From positions 6,200,001 through 6,264,000 of the forward strand of contig NC_081332.1 in assembly GCF_022539665.2 (NCBI RefSeq): DNA of 64,000 nucleotides, written 5' to 3'. The position numbers and the translations under genes are program-made. This DNA is from Daphnia carinata (taxonomy: Eukaryota). The notes under the pieces were generated by a model, which saw only the letters and a program-made list of their open reading frames with translations, was not told the origin of the DNA and searched no databases. Position 1 is the first letter of the stretch, and each line of letters begins with the position of its first letter. Of this stretch, positions 1 through 12,100 are shown piece after piece.

Positions 1-210
1 GCAGCGTGTTTCAATTCCATCATGGGTTCTTGTTCTTTTTTCGAGTTATTTTTTACATAATGTTAGTGACGAACTTCGTTTTAAACAATTCCGAAATAGA
101 TGCCAAGGCACATTTCCACATGGACTAATATTGTCCAGTATTCATGCTGTAGCGGCCTGGCGTTTGACTCGCTAGTTCCCTTGTGTACCAGTGTGTGTTA
201 TAAAAAGCTG

Positions 211-361
211 CCAAGATGGCTGCCGTGTGTGTTGTCCTAATAGTTCTTGCATGTCCCAAGCTTTTTTGGCAGAATGACAGGACTGCAGTACAGTTGGGGA
301 AAATAAAGGAGACGAAAAATAAAAATAAAAAACATTCGACCGGTTCCACGCCCGCCATTTT
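211..361. promoter_or_regulatory. Two YY1/Pho-type motifs plus a TATA-like element in the Ssdp first intron
   Basis: CCAAGATGGCTGCC at 211-224 and CGCCATTTT at 353-361 (opposite orientations); TATAAAA at 199-205. Motif match only. Confidence 0.3.
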
Positions 362-404
362 AACACGTTTTTGTTGTTTTTGAATGATTTCTCTCTCTTA
401 ACAG

Positions 405-2103
405 GTTAGCATTATATGTCTACGAGTACCTGCTGCATGTGGGAGCCCAGAAAGCCGCACAGACATTTCTATCCGAGGTAAAATATATTTTCTTTTTTGA
501 AATTTCTAAAGAGTTGTTGTTCATTGGCAGACTGTTAAGTACACTTTTCAATGAGCGGCATCTCTTGCCAGCATTTGGAAGTGGTTGGAGATGTTGTCTT
601 AAGGGCTGCTTTGTGAAACTGGATGGATGTTGACTGATAGATCGATACTTTTGTCCAACATCTATCTCAACGTCTTTTTTATTGTGTGACAACGTTTTCG
701 ACGTTCAGTCAACATGTGAACCTACGTGTTAGCATTCTGCTTGACGTTCTGAAAACAATTAATTTTCAATCATCTTTAATTGGTCTATTTTTAATTTTAA
801 GATTCGGTGGGAGAAAAACATCACCTTAGGAGAGCCACCCGGTTTCCTTCATTCGTGGTGGTGGTAAGTACAACATAAAAAGAAATTAACAATTATAATT
901 AAATGCATTAATCTCTTCTTTTTCGATTTGGTAGTGTATTTTGGGATTTATATTGCGCGGCGCCGGAGCGTCGAGACACATGCGATCACTCCAGTGAAGC
1001 CAAAGCCTTTCATGACTATGTAAGAGGATCCTTCACATCTGCCAATAATTTTTTTTATGTCATTCATATTTTAATTTATCACACTCTAGTTAATTAATTG
1101 TCAAAATAGTTTGTTTATTAGTCGACCTTTAGTCCCTGATTGTCAGTCTCCTTTTAAGCTCTTTAATTTAATTAAAGTTTGTTTAACACAAGTGATTTAT
1201 TTTATTTTATTTTCTCGTTTTGTAGGGTTTCGTCAATTCCGGCTATGGCGTCAATGGCATCGCACACGTAAGTAGAACTGGCCACATTTCCGAATTAAGT
1301 GAACGTGCGCTCTCTCCCAAATAACATGTGGCGATTCAAATAAGGCGGGCGCTTTTAACTTCAACGTTTCATTCAGGTGCAGGGCAACAGGTGTACCGTA
1401 ATTGTTTGTTTAACTGCCCCAACCATATTAGATATCCTCATCGTTCCGACACACGTGTATCAGCATAATCCACCACACCGTTTTCATTTAACACGTAGAG
1501 TCATTTTTTTTGTTTTTGTTTTACTCTCTTCAATTATTTTATTTTTCAAATTAAATCAGGTCAAGACAAAGAAGTCTGGGGAAGGCAATCAAAGTGGGTT
1601 AATTTGACCCTCTCTTTGTGGGAAAACTTACAGGTAGACTCTCGTTCAGGGGAGAGGGATGAGGATTTCTCCTTTTTTTTTTATTTAAAGGTTCTTCTAG
1701 TTTACATTTCGTGTGTGTGTGTGTGTGTGGAACCCTCCAAGCAGGAATGTGTGTGAAGAACCAATAGGGAACTCGGATTCTCTTTTAGTTGGTGCATAGG
1801 GGAGGAGAGATACAGCTATTGTTTGAATCCAGAAGGGGAGACTCAAAATTGGGGGATCTTTCATTTTGGATTTCGTCGGATGTGTGATATTTCCAACGGT
1901 CTCGTTCCTTTTTTTTTAAATGGGAAAGAGAAAGAGAGAGAAGTTGCTAGATACCCGGAATTATTCCGATAACTAACGCGCATAGTGGGAGAAAAGAATG
2001 GATGTGTAGAAGGTTCGTACATCGGATGCTGTGAAATGAAGAAGAAAGAGACGACGAATCAATGCAGGAAACGGAGAAGAAAAGAGAACTAGATAAAAAG
2101 AGC

Positions 2104-2141
<38 letters not shown>

Positions 2142-5100
2142 GCTACCTGAGTGTGTACCTTGAAAAAGATTTTGAAATTTGACGCTCAAGGGCATGAACC
2201 TGAGAAACAGGCGGTCCACTACCGGACACCCTATTCTCGTTGATTGTTACACACACACACACACACACTCACTCACTCCGGTTTTGTAATCTCGAGGATT
2301 CGCAGAATTCCATAACGAATTCAATGGGGCTCGGTGTTTCTTAATTTCGTTATATGTCGCGAAAATAAAGCGCTTAAAGATTTCGGGGCAGATCGGCTAC
2401 GTGTAGGAGACTACGAGACCGAACAGACTTGGCATCCGCATCCGCCAATCGATCCGCTACGTGAGGTCATGCGCATGTCTTGACGATGCATACGAAAAGG
2501 CAACACACACACATACCAAAAAAAAAAAAGAACAAATGTGCTTCATCTTTGATATTTCAATTTTGAAGATGTGGATCCTTATCTGTGGGGCGGAACCGAT
2601 GAGACAGAAAGCGACGTGAAGACGTGATTTGTTTTCATCCCCTCGCTTCATTATGACGTATTTTACCTCTTGACCTTATCGGCGTTCGTTCTTCTTTTTT
2701 TTTTATTTCCAATTTTTTTTTTTTTTTTCTCGTCTCTGTTGCCTCCCAATGCGCAGCATTTCATCCCCTTTCAGTAAGTCCCCGTTGCTATGGCAACCCC
2801 TTTCGATGGGCGGGGAGAGGGACAGCGTCGTTGGGTGGAAGGTTGGAGACGCTCCTAGAAAAAGGTGGAAAGGAGGGGAATTATTAGTCCCTCCTTTTCC
2901 TTATACATTTTATCTGTATTTTATTTCCCTTTTACTCTCCCATCTATTCTTTAGATCCGAAATATCGATTTTTGACTTATTGAGGCAGTGTGCGGGCGAG
3001 CGCCTTATTTGTTCCCTTTTTTTATAATTTGTTTTTTTTATTTGTGATTGAAACATAGCGCAAACCCAGTCCTCCCTAAAAAAAAAAGGACAGTTTTTGC
3101 TTATTTGTTTGTTTATTTGTTTATTCTCTTTTTATTTGCTTGGTTGTGTATGTAATGTGTGTGTGCGTGCTCGATGCCCACATGTTAGAATGCCGGTCCA
3201 GTGCCGAGCCCGCTGGGCCAGATGGCGCCAGGAGACGGCATGCCAGGAGGCCCGATGCCGCATGGATTCTTTCCAGTAAGTCCATCCGTTGCAAAAAAGC
3301 AAAAAAAAGAACGAAATACTATTCTGTGGGTAATGATGGGTTGTCTCACTGAATAAACCATTAGGTTAGGGTTTCATTTAAGTTGTACAAAACAGAAAAT
3401 CATCAGCTAAAAGTTTTGGGATATAATTTCTAAAGATCTTAATTTAAAAAGAAATTAAATTTTTCGTTATTGCAGAATTCGGCTATGAGACCGTCTCCGC
3501 CTACTCACCCCGCCTCGCAGCCCTCGCCACACCCTCAGCCGCCTACACCACACTCGCAGATGATGCCAGGACAGGTATGTTCAATAGATGATAAAGGTGT
3601 TTGTTTGCTTACATCTTATCTTCTCATACACATCTTTTTGTAGCCGTTTATGGGACCACGTTATCCAGGCGGACCGAGACCAGGCGTTCGAATGCCTCAA
3701 ATGGGACCTGAATTCGGCGGGGTAACTTGAAAATGAAAACAAAGCCAATTTTTGGCTTTGAATTTAAAACCCGTGCACGGATTGATAAACGATACTGTTG
3801 TCTGTGGTTTCTTCTTCTAGCCTCCTGGCCAACCGATGATGCCCAACAGTCTGGATCCCACTCGGCAAGGTAGATATTGAACACCCATAAAGATTTAGCG
3901 TCTTATCCCTTATGCGTAATATTTAAAAAACAGATGAAATTCCACACCTCTTTTTCTTTCTGTATCTTTTGTTTGTTTTTGATCATTCAAACTTTGATTA
4001 CATTCAATCAGTGAATATTATGTATATATATATACATACAAGTAACACAGATGATGTTTATTGATATTATCTTTGAAACTCCTTCGACTCAGGTGACGGC
4101 GAGTTCGTAGGTTGGCAAGGTACAGATTATTCAGCAAAGCCTCTGTGTGTGTCTATTTCTGTTTTATTTTTGAATTTTCATTTATCCATTAATTCAGTTG
4201 TTTTATTATTATTTTTTTAATTTTTTTTCCTACCCTAGTATTTAACGCTTTTTGTATTGAAAACTCTTAATCTCCCTATCTTTTTGTTTTTTTTTGTTCG
4301 GAAATTAATTAAAAAAAAAAAAAAGAATTAGTTCCTTTTCGTTACCGATCCACGCGGACGGCTACGCACTCTATTGAAACTGTAGTTGTTTTCTAAGCGG
4401 CTCGTGTTGAAAAGTGCCGGCGATCAGATGACAGATCGCTTTGCCCTTTTTTTTTTTGGCCGTCAAGCGTTCTATCTCCTTTTTTCTTTGTATTGTTTTG
4501 GTTTGTGTTACGTTTAGCGGCTTTGTGTTGCACTTTCTTATTTCCGCTGGCCCTGCTTTATTATTTTTGTTGTGACTGTTTTATGTTGGTTTCTTCTTTT
4601 TAATGTTAAATCGCGTCAAGTATCTTATTCGAATTTGTTTTTCGTTTAGGTCCTCCGATGTCCGGCATGGGTCCCAGACTCGGTGGTCCGAGAGGTCCGG
4701 GTGGTATGGGTCCGATGGGCCCAGGTGGGCCTGGCGGAGTCCCAGGAGGTTATGGTCCTGGTCCAGGAATGAGAGGACCAGGTCCCGGAATGATGGGTCC
4801 TGGCGGTCCTATGGGCCCTGGAGGCGGTGTCCCGGGCGGGCCCGGTGGACCTCTACCAAACATGGGAGGCATGGGTGGGCCAGGAGGTCCCCGGCCACAG
4901 TGGCAGCCCAATTCATCTACGGTAAATACCATTTTATTAAAGGCTAAATTAATCAGAAATTATCTAAAATCCATGTTTGTTGTGTTTCATTTCACATGTA
5001 GCCAATGAATTATCCATCGTCATCGCCTGGCAACTACGGGGTAAGTGGAGACAAGTTAGTTGAAAAATATGGAAGGAGCTAACCCCGTCATATACATATT

Positions 5101-8081
5101 GATACATAACTTATTTTTATCTTTCAGTTTTTAACCGTTAACAGTTTTTTTTTATTTACTATACTTTTTATTTATTTTTTTTCACCCATTCTTTTTTTTT
5201 CGACCAAAACAAACTAAAAACTAACGACTATTTATTTTGACATCTTTGTGTTTTTCTATCTCTTCTGTTCTATCTGTACCTATTTCTTGTGGTTCGGTCA
5301 TTTTCGAACAGGGTCCACCCGGCTCTGCTGGACCTCCAGGTCCCGGCACACCCATCATGCCTAGCCCACAAGGTGAGTTTGTCCTTTCAATTCCGGCCGG
5401 TCGGAACAAAAAAAACAAAAAAAAACAAGGAAAATTCTCTTGCCAAAACAACAGCACAGCTTTACGAAGCTTAACGGGCACTGATTGACTGATGTCGACG
5501 TGTGTGTGTTTTTGTTTTCTATTGTCATCAAACCAGATTCGTCTAGTTCAGGAGGGGACGGCATGTACACGATGATGAAGTCTGTGCCGGGTGGAGCCAT
5601 GCCAGGAGTACGCGATATTTCTAATCTTCCTCCTTTCTTAATTTCTCCCATCTTACACTTTCTTTCTTCTTTTATTATTTCCTTCACAAAAATAAGAAAC
5701 ACTAACTCCCCACTCTTTTTTTTTTAAACGTAGTTCTTATCTGGTTTGGTCACCTTGATAACTTCTAGAAAAAAAAAGTCGTTCTTTGCTTCTGTCTTAT
5801 CTCTCTCTCTCTATTTATTTTTGGCACAAATTTGAATAGTTTAAATCGTAATCAGTTGGCATACTAATTGTTTGTGTTTTATTTTCAAAATCAAAAGCAG
5901 GACTTCCCAATGGGTGGTGGACCTGAAGGAGGTCCTATGGGGCCAATGGGTCCTTCAGCTATGGGCCCGGTTATGAACGGTGGGGACGGCCTGGATGGTA
6001 TGAAGAGTTCACCAGCTAACGGTGGCCCGGGAACGCCACGCGATGATGCCGGTGGAAACGGCGGTGGAGGAGGTGGCGGAGGAATGGGTGACTACAACCT
6101 CGGAGGCTTCGGGGGTCCCAATGAGAATGTGAGTATGACCGGCAGCTTCTTCGGCTCGTGAAAAATTGAAACGTCCGACAAAATAAGAAAAACGAAACGA
6201 ACAGAGAGGAATAACTGAGAGAAGAACGGTTGTTTCTGATTTTTGAAACGAGAGAGGATATCGCGGGTCAAAGGGCGGGAAGGGAAATCGAGAAAAATAG
6301 AAAAGAAAAATGTAGTTGGTCTCCGGCAGTAAGAAGAAGAAACAAAAACTGTCACGAGACAAACCCATTTTAGAAAAAAAAAAAAAAAAATTGCTATATT
6401 TTACATGGCCGTTTACCGTCCACCATTCCCCTCTACTCTCTTATTTCATTGGCCGTATACATCCATCCTCCCTTTACCCCCCACATTTTTAAATCTTTTT
6501 TTTTTACATTACCTAATATTTGAATCCGTGTGTTGTTCGTCATTCTCTCCTTTTTTTTTGCCCGGATAATTTAAGTTATATTCTTTCTCTTTCAGCCTCT
6601 CCACGATGCTGCTCAAATGAATTAGTAGCTTCTTGTTTCAGTTTTAAAAAAAGTAATTTTTGAGCGGAAAGAACTTGCAAAGATTATGGGAGGGACATTG
6701 TATTTGTAATTGGCATCAAACCGTTTCTCCTTTTCCATTGAAAATAATTTTTTTTTTCTTTGCTTGTTTGTTTTTATTCTTTCCCCCACTTTTTTAATTA
6801 CAAAAAAAAGCAAAAAAAAAACGTGATTTAACCACAACAGCTCATTGCACCCGTACCCTGTTATCTTTACTGATGACTGGATGACCATTACTCGTTTTTA
6901 ATTTCTCTGTAACCGCATTATGATTGGAATTTTTTAATTTTTCCTTGTCTGGAGAGGGGAGGGCGAGGGGTGTGCGTGAATTATTGTGAGATACAAGTGA
7001 ATCATCATCCCGAAACCATCTGATATATATTTTACCCGCTCTTCCTCCTCCTCCCTCCCATTTTTGACGCAAAATGACCTCCCTCACCACCACGAATTGC
7101 AACTTATTTTACGACCCGTGTTTTTAGCCGTCAGTCTGTAAACAAAATATAAGTAATCTCTCTTTAACTCGTTCTTTCACTATTCTCTTATTTACGTTGT
7201 TTTCGAAAAAAAATTCCCACTCTCACTTTTTTTACTTAAAAAAAATAATGTAATTAAGTGGTATATTTTTTGAATCAGCAAGACTTAACTTTTCTTTCCC
7301 CCACTCTCTCCTAAAATTCTTATTGGCCATGATATTTTTTTTCCCCACCCACCAACTGGGGAACCGACTGTCTTTTTCTTTTTATTCTGCGGGGGAGGGG
7401 AGGAAAACATTCAATAAATACTCGAACGTGCTTTTCAATTGATTTCATTATGGCGTGTTCTTTTCATTTTTACTTGCCTGTAACGAGCCATTCAGTCTTA
7501 AATAGAAACGTCTCTCTCTAAACAAAACAATGATATGATATGTAATAATTACGGATATCCTTTTTGTTTGTGTAATACGTGCGAATGTTGTGGAGTGAAT
7601 GGACGAAAATTTTGGCGGCTGCATGAACGTAATGTTGTATTGATTTGAATCTTCAAAGAAACGAAAAAAACAAACAACAAAGCTATTGAAAACTATCCAC
7701 AAAGCAAAAAAAAACAAACAAAAGAACAACAAACATACCATTCAGTTTGAAAAATAATAAGAAAATCAAACGTTTGATTTGATTTTTTATTATTATTTGT
7801 TTAATTTTTGTTATTTTCATACCTACTGCTTCTATTTATTTTTTATCCTTATTTTCTTTTTACCTTCAAATAATTCTGGCTCTCATTGGTGTGACGGACA
7901 ACAAAAGCAATCCCTCCGTATATAACTCGGTAGCGCTCATTCACACCTGGTCCTACCTATCTCTCATTTTTCTTCATTTATTTTTATTTTTTAAAAACTT
8001 AACTCGAGGGGGCGGCTGGATGTGATGTTCTTTCACTATTTCCTACTTCAGTTTTTATTTGACGTGGTACGTTTCGTGAAC

Positions 8082-8117
<36 letters not shown>

Positions 8118-9156
8118 TTTAAAATGTAAGATATCTAAGGAAAAAAATGTTTTGCTGCCGATTGGAAGAAGCAAAAGAACAGGTGTGTTCCTCTGTGTTC
8201 CTCTGTGTATGTGTGTGTGTGTGCTTTTCGTGGACGGTCTTGTTTTATTTTTATTTTTTTTAACTTCCGACATTTTTGCTCATCCCTCACACAATTCACA
8301 GATCCTTTTCTAATTTCTAATTTACGTGGTTTTTATTTTTTCCCCTATTTTTTGTGTGTGGTGGCGGTGTTTTATTTACATTAATTTTCATTCCAGCCGT
8401 CAGTCAGCTTGAACGACACGACGTACAAATTCATTGGATCTTGAACACAAGACGCGCGAAGTCAATAAAAAAAGATCATTTTTAAACCAATTCATGCATT
8501 TCATTTTGCCGCGGATTTAGGAATCAAGCGTTTGTTCCACTTGCGCAGCAGAACACAAGCGTTTAAATTTTCACACAGAGCTCTTGTACAATAGATAAGA
8601 TAGCGAAAACTCTCGTTTTTATAAACACGAAAGAAAAATGAAATAAAACAAAAGTTCCAGTTACAGCTGCCATTTTTTTTTTACCATGTCGCAATTCAGC
8701 TCAATCGGCCCGTCACACCAGTCGAAAGTTCAGTCCATTTCTTGTATTTTTTTTTTTGTCCATTTACATAAAGATTCCAAACTTTGATCGTTTGAAGATC
8801 TTGTACATACATAATGGTACAATAACGAAAAATATTGTTATGGTTTTCACCAGCTTGTTGTTTTCGTATGGTTCGACGAAGTGCCAAAGCTTTTCGTTTT
8901 GATTGTCCTGCGAGCGAAAGAGAAACCTTTTTTAAAATCAAATTCCTTAATTTTAATTAATTTGAAACAAAATGAGAAGAGGAAAAAGAAAGAGAGGGAA
9001 ACATTTCGAAATTTTATTTTTGAGCCACTCTGGTTTGTTCATCGTTTGCAGGATCAAACGGAGTCGGCGGCCATCTTGAAAATCAAGGAAAGCATGCAGG
9101 AGGAAGCCAAGCGATTTGAGACCGATTCCGACCACCCCGATTACTTCATACAGTGA
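405..9156 (+). CDS. Ssdp: Single-stranded DNA-binding protein Ssdp / SSBP2-3-4 family (LisH/LUFS domain + Gly/Pro/Met-rich region), LDB/Chip cofactor; first coding exon not found, presumably upstream of the window
   Basis: Hand-spliced GT-AG exons: 405-477 ([24 protein letters not shown]), 802-863 ([20 protein letters not shown]), 935-1019 ([29 protein letters not shown]), 1226-1267, 3189-3275, 3476-3574, 3644-3721, 3821-3869, 4093-4119 (optional microexon), 4650-4921, 5002-5040, 5312-5372, 5537-5607, 5901-6128, 9052-9156 ([34 protein letters not shown]). Phases are all compatible (~458 aa in window). The N-terminal block is the diagnostic SSBP LUFS sequence. Confidence 0.96.
2784..2797. promoter_or_regulatory. 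RFX X-box palindrome
   Basis: GTTGCTATGGCAAC, one mismatch from the canonical palindrome GTTGCCATGGCAAC. Confidence 0.55.
4093..4119 (+). CDS. Ssdp: 27-nt frame-preserving microexon of Ssdp (GDGEFVGWQ)
   Basis: ctcag|GTGACGGCGAGTTCGTAGGTTGGCAAG|gtacag; phase 1-1 matches the flanking exons 3821-3869 and 4650-4921; GC-richer island in an AT-rich intron. Confidence 0.7.
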
Positions 9157-12100
9157 CCTTATCTTTCCCTCCTCACCTTTTTAACATTTGGCGCACACAC
9201 ATACACACACACACACACATGAGCATTCGTAAAAACACATGTGGTCGCGCGTTTGGTTGACTGTTTTGGAGGGACAATGACAAACGAAAACAGCACACAG
9301 TCCTGACCTTCTATATTTTGACTTCCATTTGTTTCTTTTCTTCCGACATCGACAACAATTTCTGTTCATTTTTTTAAATTTCCACCTCTTCCAGCGGTTT
9401 CGGTATTTCTTTCTTCCTTTATTTTATACTTCCATTTTGAATCTCGATTCCGTCCGCTATATCTTTTTTTTTTTTTTTTCATTCAATTTTCCCTCCCATT
9501 AACAAGAAGTTCTCACATTTGCTGTGTTTCCCCGGCTGTTTCTTTATTTTTAAAATACTGATCTTTATTCGATAATCTCACCTTCGTTATGATTGAGGAA
9601 ACACGTTGATCTGTGTGCGTGTGTGTGCATGTTTGTTTCTTCCAAACCAACAGCAAAACAAACCAAAGAGAACCATGTGTGTTTGTGTGTGTCTTTCTAC
9701 TCTCTCTCGCTCTTTCTCTTCCTAACATCTGCTCACAAACATACAGTGTTTTAATGTCATAGCAGTGTCCAGCTTCCGGACGAGAATGATATCGAGCTCT
9801 TCCGGTGGGAGGGGAAGGAACATAGGGTGGGGGGGGTTCCTGATAACAACGTTCTATTTCAGGTATGCCTTTTTAATTTTCAATGAAAGGGCATCATCAT
9901 CATCGTGTTTCGTTTGCTGTTTGTCATTACTGAAATATTCCTATGGAAATTTAAAAGAAAAAAAACGAACAAAAAAAAAGTGAATCAAACTGGAAAATTA
10001 CAAAATGCGAAGATCATCAACACACAAGAAACAAATGGCGCCTTGACAAAGAGTCGCGAGTCCTATTAAGTATATAAAAACATATAACGATATACATATT
10101 CATATTGGATTTGATCTTCCTAATCCATGTGCCCGTTCCTCTACCGCTTCAGAAAAAAAAACCGATGGTATATACAGAACACACATATTTTATACATATA
10201 TATACGTCTAGTTTTCTTCCTGCTCTAAGTTTTGGTTCCTCTTTTCTCATGGCGCGATATAACGAAATGACCGAATTTTTCAACGCCTAGAGTTGTTTTC
10301 TACATTTTTTTTTATGTCACTGATTTTGACGATAGAACGACGACAGTTCTCTCCAGAGGTCATACCGGTGTGTCTTGTATCCTAATTTTTTTTTAAATCA
10401 TATTTTGTTGTCACTTTGTTGCGCTAATGTCATCGATCAAGAACTTTACACCGTGAATCCTTCCCGCCGCTCCCCGCCCGTTTAAAAAAAAAAAGCCCAG
10501 TTAAAGTTAGATTAGTTCAATCTCGAAATATACGAAAGATGTGATGCATTTGTTCGGGAAGGTGATGTTTAGGAATTTTTTATTTCGTATGATGACCGCA
10601 TATACACTACAAACCGTCATATTTTGCATACGAAAAGAATCGATTTGAATTTATTCCTTTGTTTATGTTCTTTTACCTTTCTCTTTCTTTTTTGTTATAC
10701 AAGTCAAACAGTCATCATCATTATGTATTACGATCCTTATACCACAGCAAATCTTTGTTTTTGTTTTGTTTATGTTGTTTTTCTTGTAACTAAAACTGAA
10801 ACTGAAGTTATATAAAAATAAGTGAAACAAATACGATGCCATGTCACGTGTTGTAATTTTGCATACCTTGTGGTAACGGGGATCGAGAAGAAATCAAAAA
10901 GAAAAATCCGTCAATGAGTTTTCAATTTCATTTTGCTCATTTGCGCGTTAATCAATTTTCTAGGTCTATAGCAAGATATTTTAACTAAACTCAAAAATAA
11001 ACACTACGTTTTACTTTCGGTAACATGGATGAGGTTCTTGTATGAAATGAAAGGAATCTGGCATTAGACGGTCGATATAAGCCCGGATTTTCGTGCAAAA
11101 TACGTAGAAAAAAAAGTTATCCAGGAATTCGATTAAATCTAACTGGCGATAACCAACATTAAACGAATAAAATATTAGTTTGCCCTCCGATTAAGTAAAC
11201 GGAATTGAAGTGGTTTTATCACAACCAATAACTCGTAAACTACAATATAACTCCCAAGTCAAAATGAATTTGATTTCGATATCTCCATAAAATTTAAAAC
11301 CTCAATCATGTGTTTATATGGCAACATCTGTATTTAAAAAAAAAAGTCGGGCTTATTTTGTCGGGCTTATTTTTAAGTCCAACTTTTTTGTGAAAAATTT
11401 TTAATTTGAATATTTCATTAATTATAAATCCCAGTTAGGTGACATTAGTCGACTAATTAAAGATATGAAGTAGCTCAACCAGAATATAATTATTTTTGTC
11501 ATTTTTCCTTTGTGCATTGTTTTTTTTTACCTTTGAGATTTTCACCTGGTTCGCAAGAAACAGTTCCAATAAGGCTCGCTAGATGGGCATACTGCTTTTG
11601 ATTTTTGAATATTCCAGATTCTGCCAATCCCGCACGGACAATGAATCAAAAGTGAAATGGAAAAACAGATTAAACACGAAGACCCACCATAAAAAAAAAA
11701 AGAAATTAAATTAGTAAAGCTCGCAATAATTTTCAGGACCACCCACCAAGTCTTTGCCGAAAAGCTTTGCCGTGGCGTGAATAACAGCGGCCCCAGGCAG
11801 GCGAGAACGCTGTTGTTTTTCTTTTTCTTTTCTTCTCCTCCGGTTTTCTTTATTATTTCGACATGCGTTTCGTCTGTCAAAGTCAATTTCGTTTAGCTCG
11901 TGGGGAATCATATTCCCGAAACAAAGGCAACCGTCAAAACTGACGAAACCAGCAAAAACCATTGCTTCAAAGTCCTACCATCAAATATTATTTTAATTTG
12001 ATACTAAAAAAAAAGAAAGAAAAAAGTAAAAAAAAACTGAGTAATTAACGCATACCATACCTGACGGCAATCGACGGCTAATGACCCTGGATATTTTAAG

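Noticed and set aside
202..272. Possible hairpin (ctgccaa...ttggcag) as an intronic miRNA or snoRNA
   Set aside because: Only 7-8 bp of pairing, no H/ACA or C/D boxes placed appropriately, and no match to conserved arthropod miRNAs I recognise.
4650..4921. Gly-Pro-rich ORFs resembling collagen or spidroin, including the antisense 4750-4932 ORF
   Set aside because: Not a strict Gly-X-Y repeat; this is the GPM-rich region of Ssdp, and the antisense ORF is its shadow.
9154..9160. TGA-C stop context in Ssdp (and in P4H at 15776) suggesting readthrough
   Set aside because: Not the strong TGA-CTAG context; the downstream frames are short or run into CA repeats.
11077..11373. GTCGGGCTTATTTT tandem (11346-11373) with a 9-bp inverted copy at 11077-11085, as a possible MITE
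   Set aside because: The inverted match is too short and no target-site duplication is evident.
11737..11800. + strand peptide QVFAEKLCRGV resembling the P4HA (Y)ExLCRG motif
   Set aside because: Only a 6-residue match with no other P4H motif recognised nearby; compatible with chance unless BLASTX extends it.
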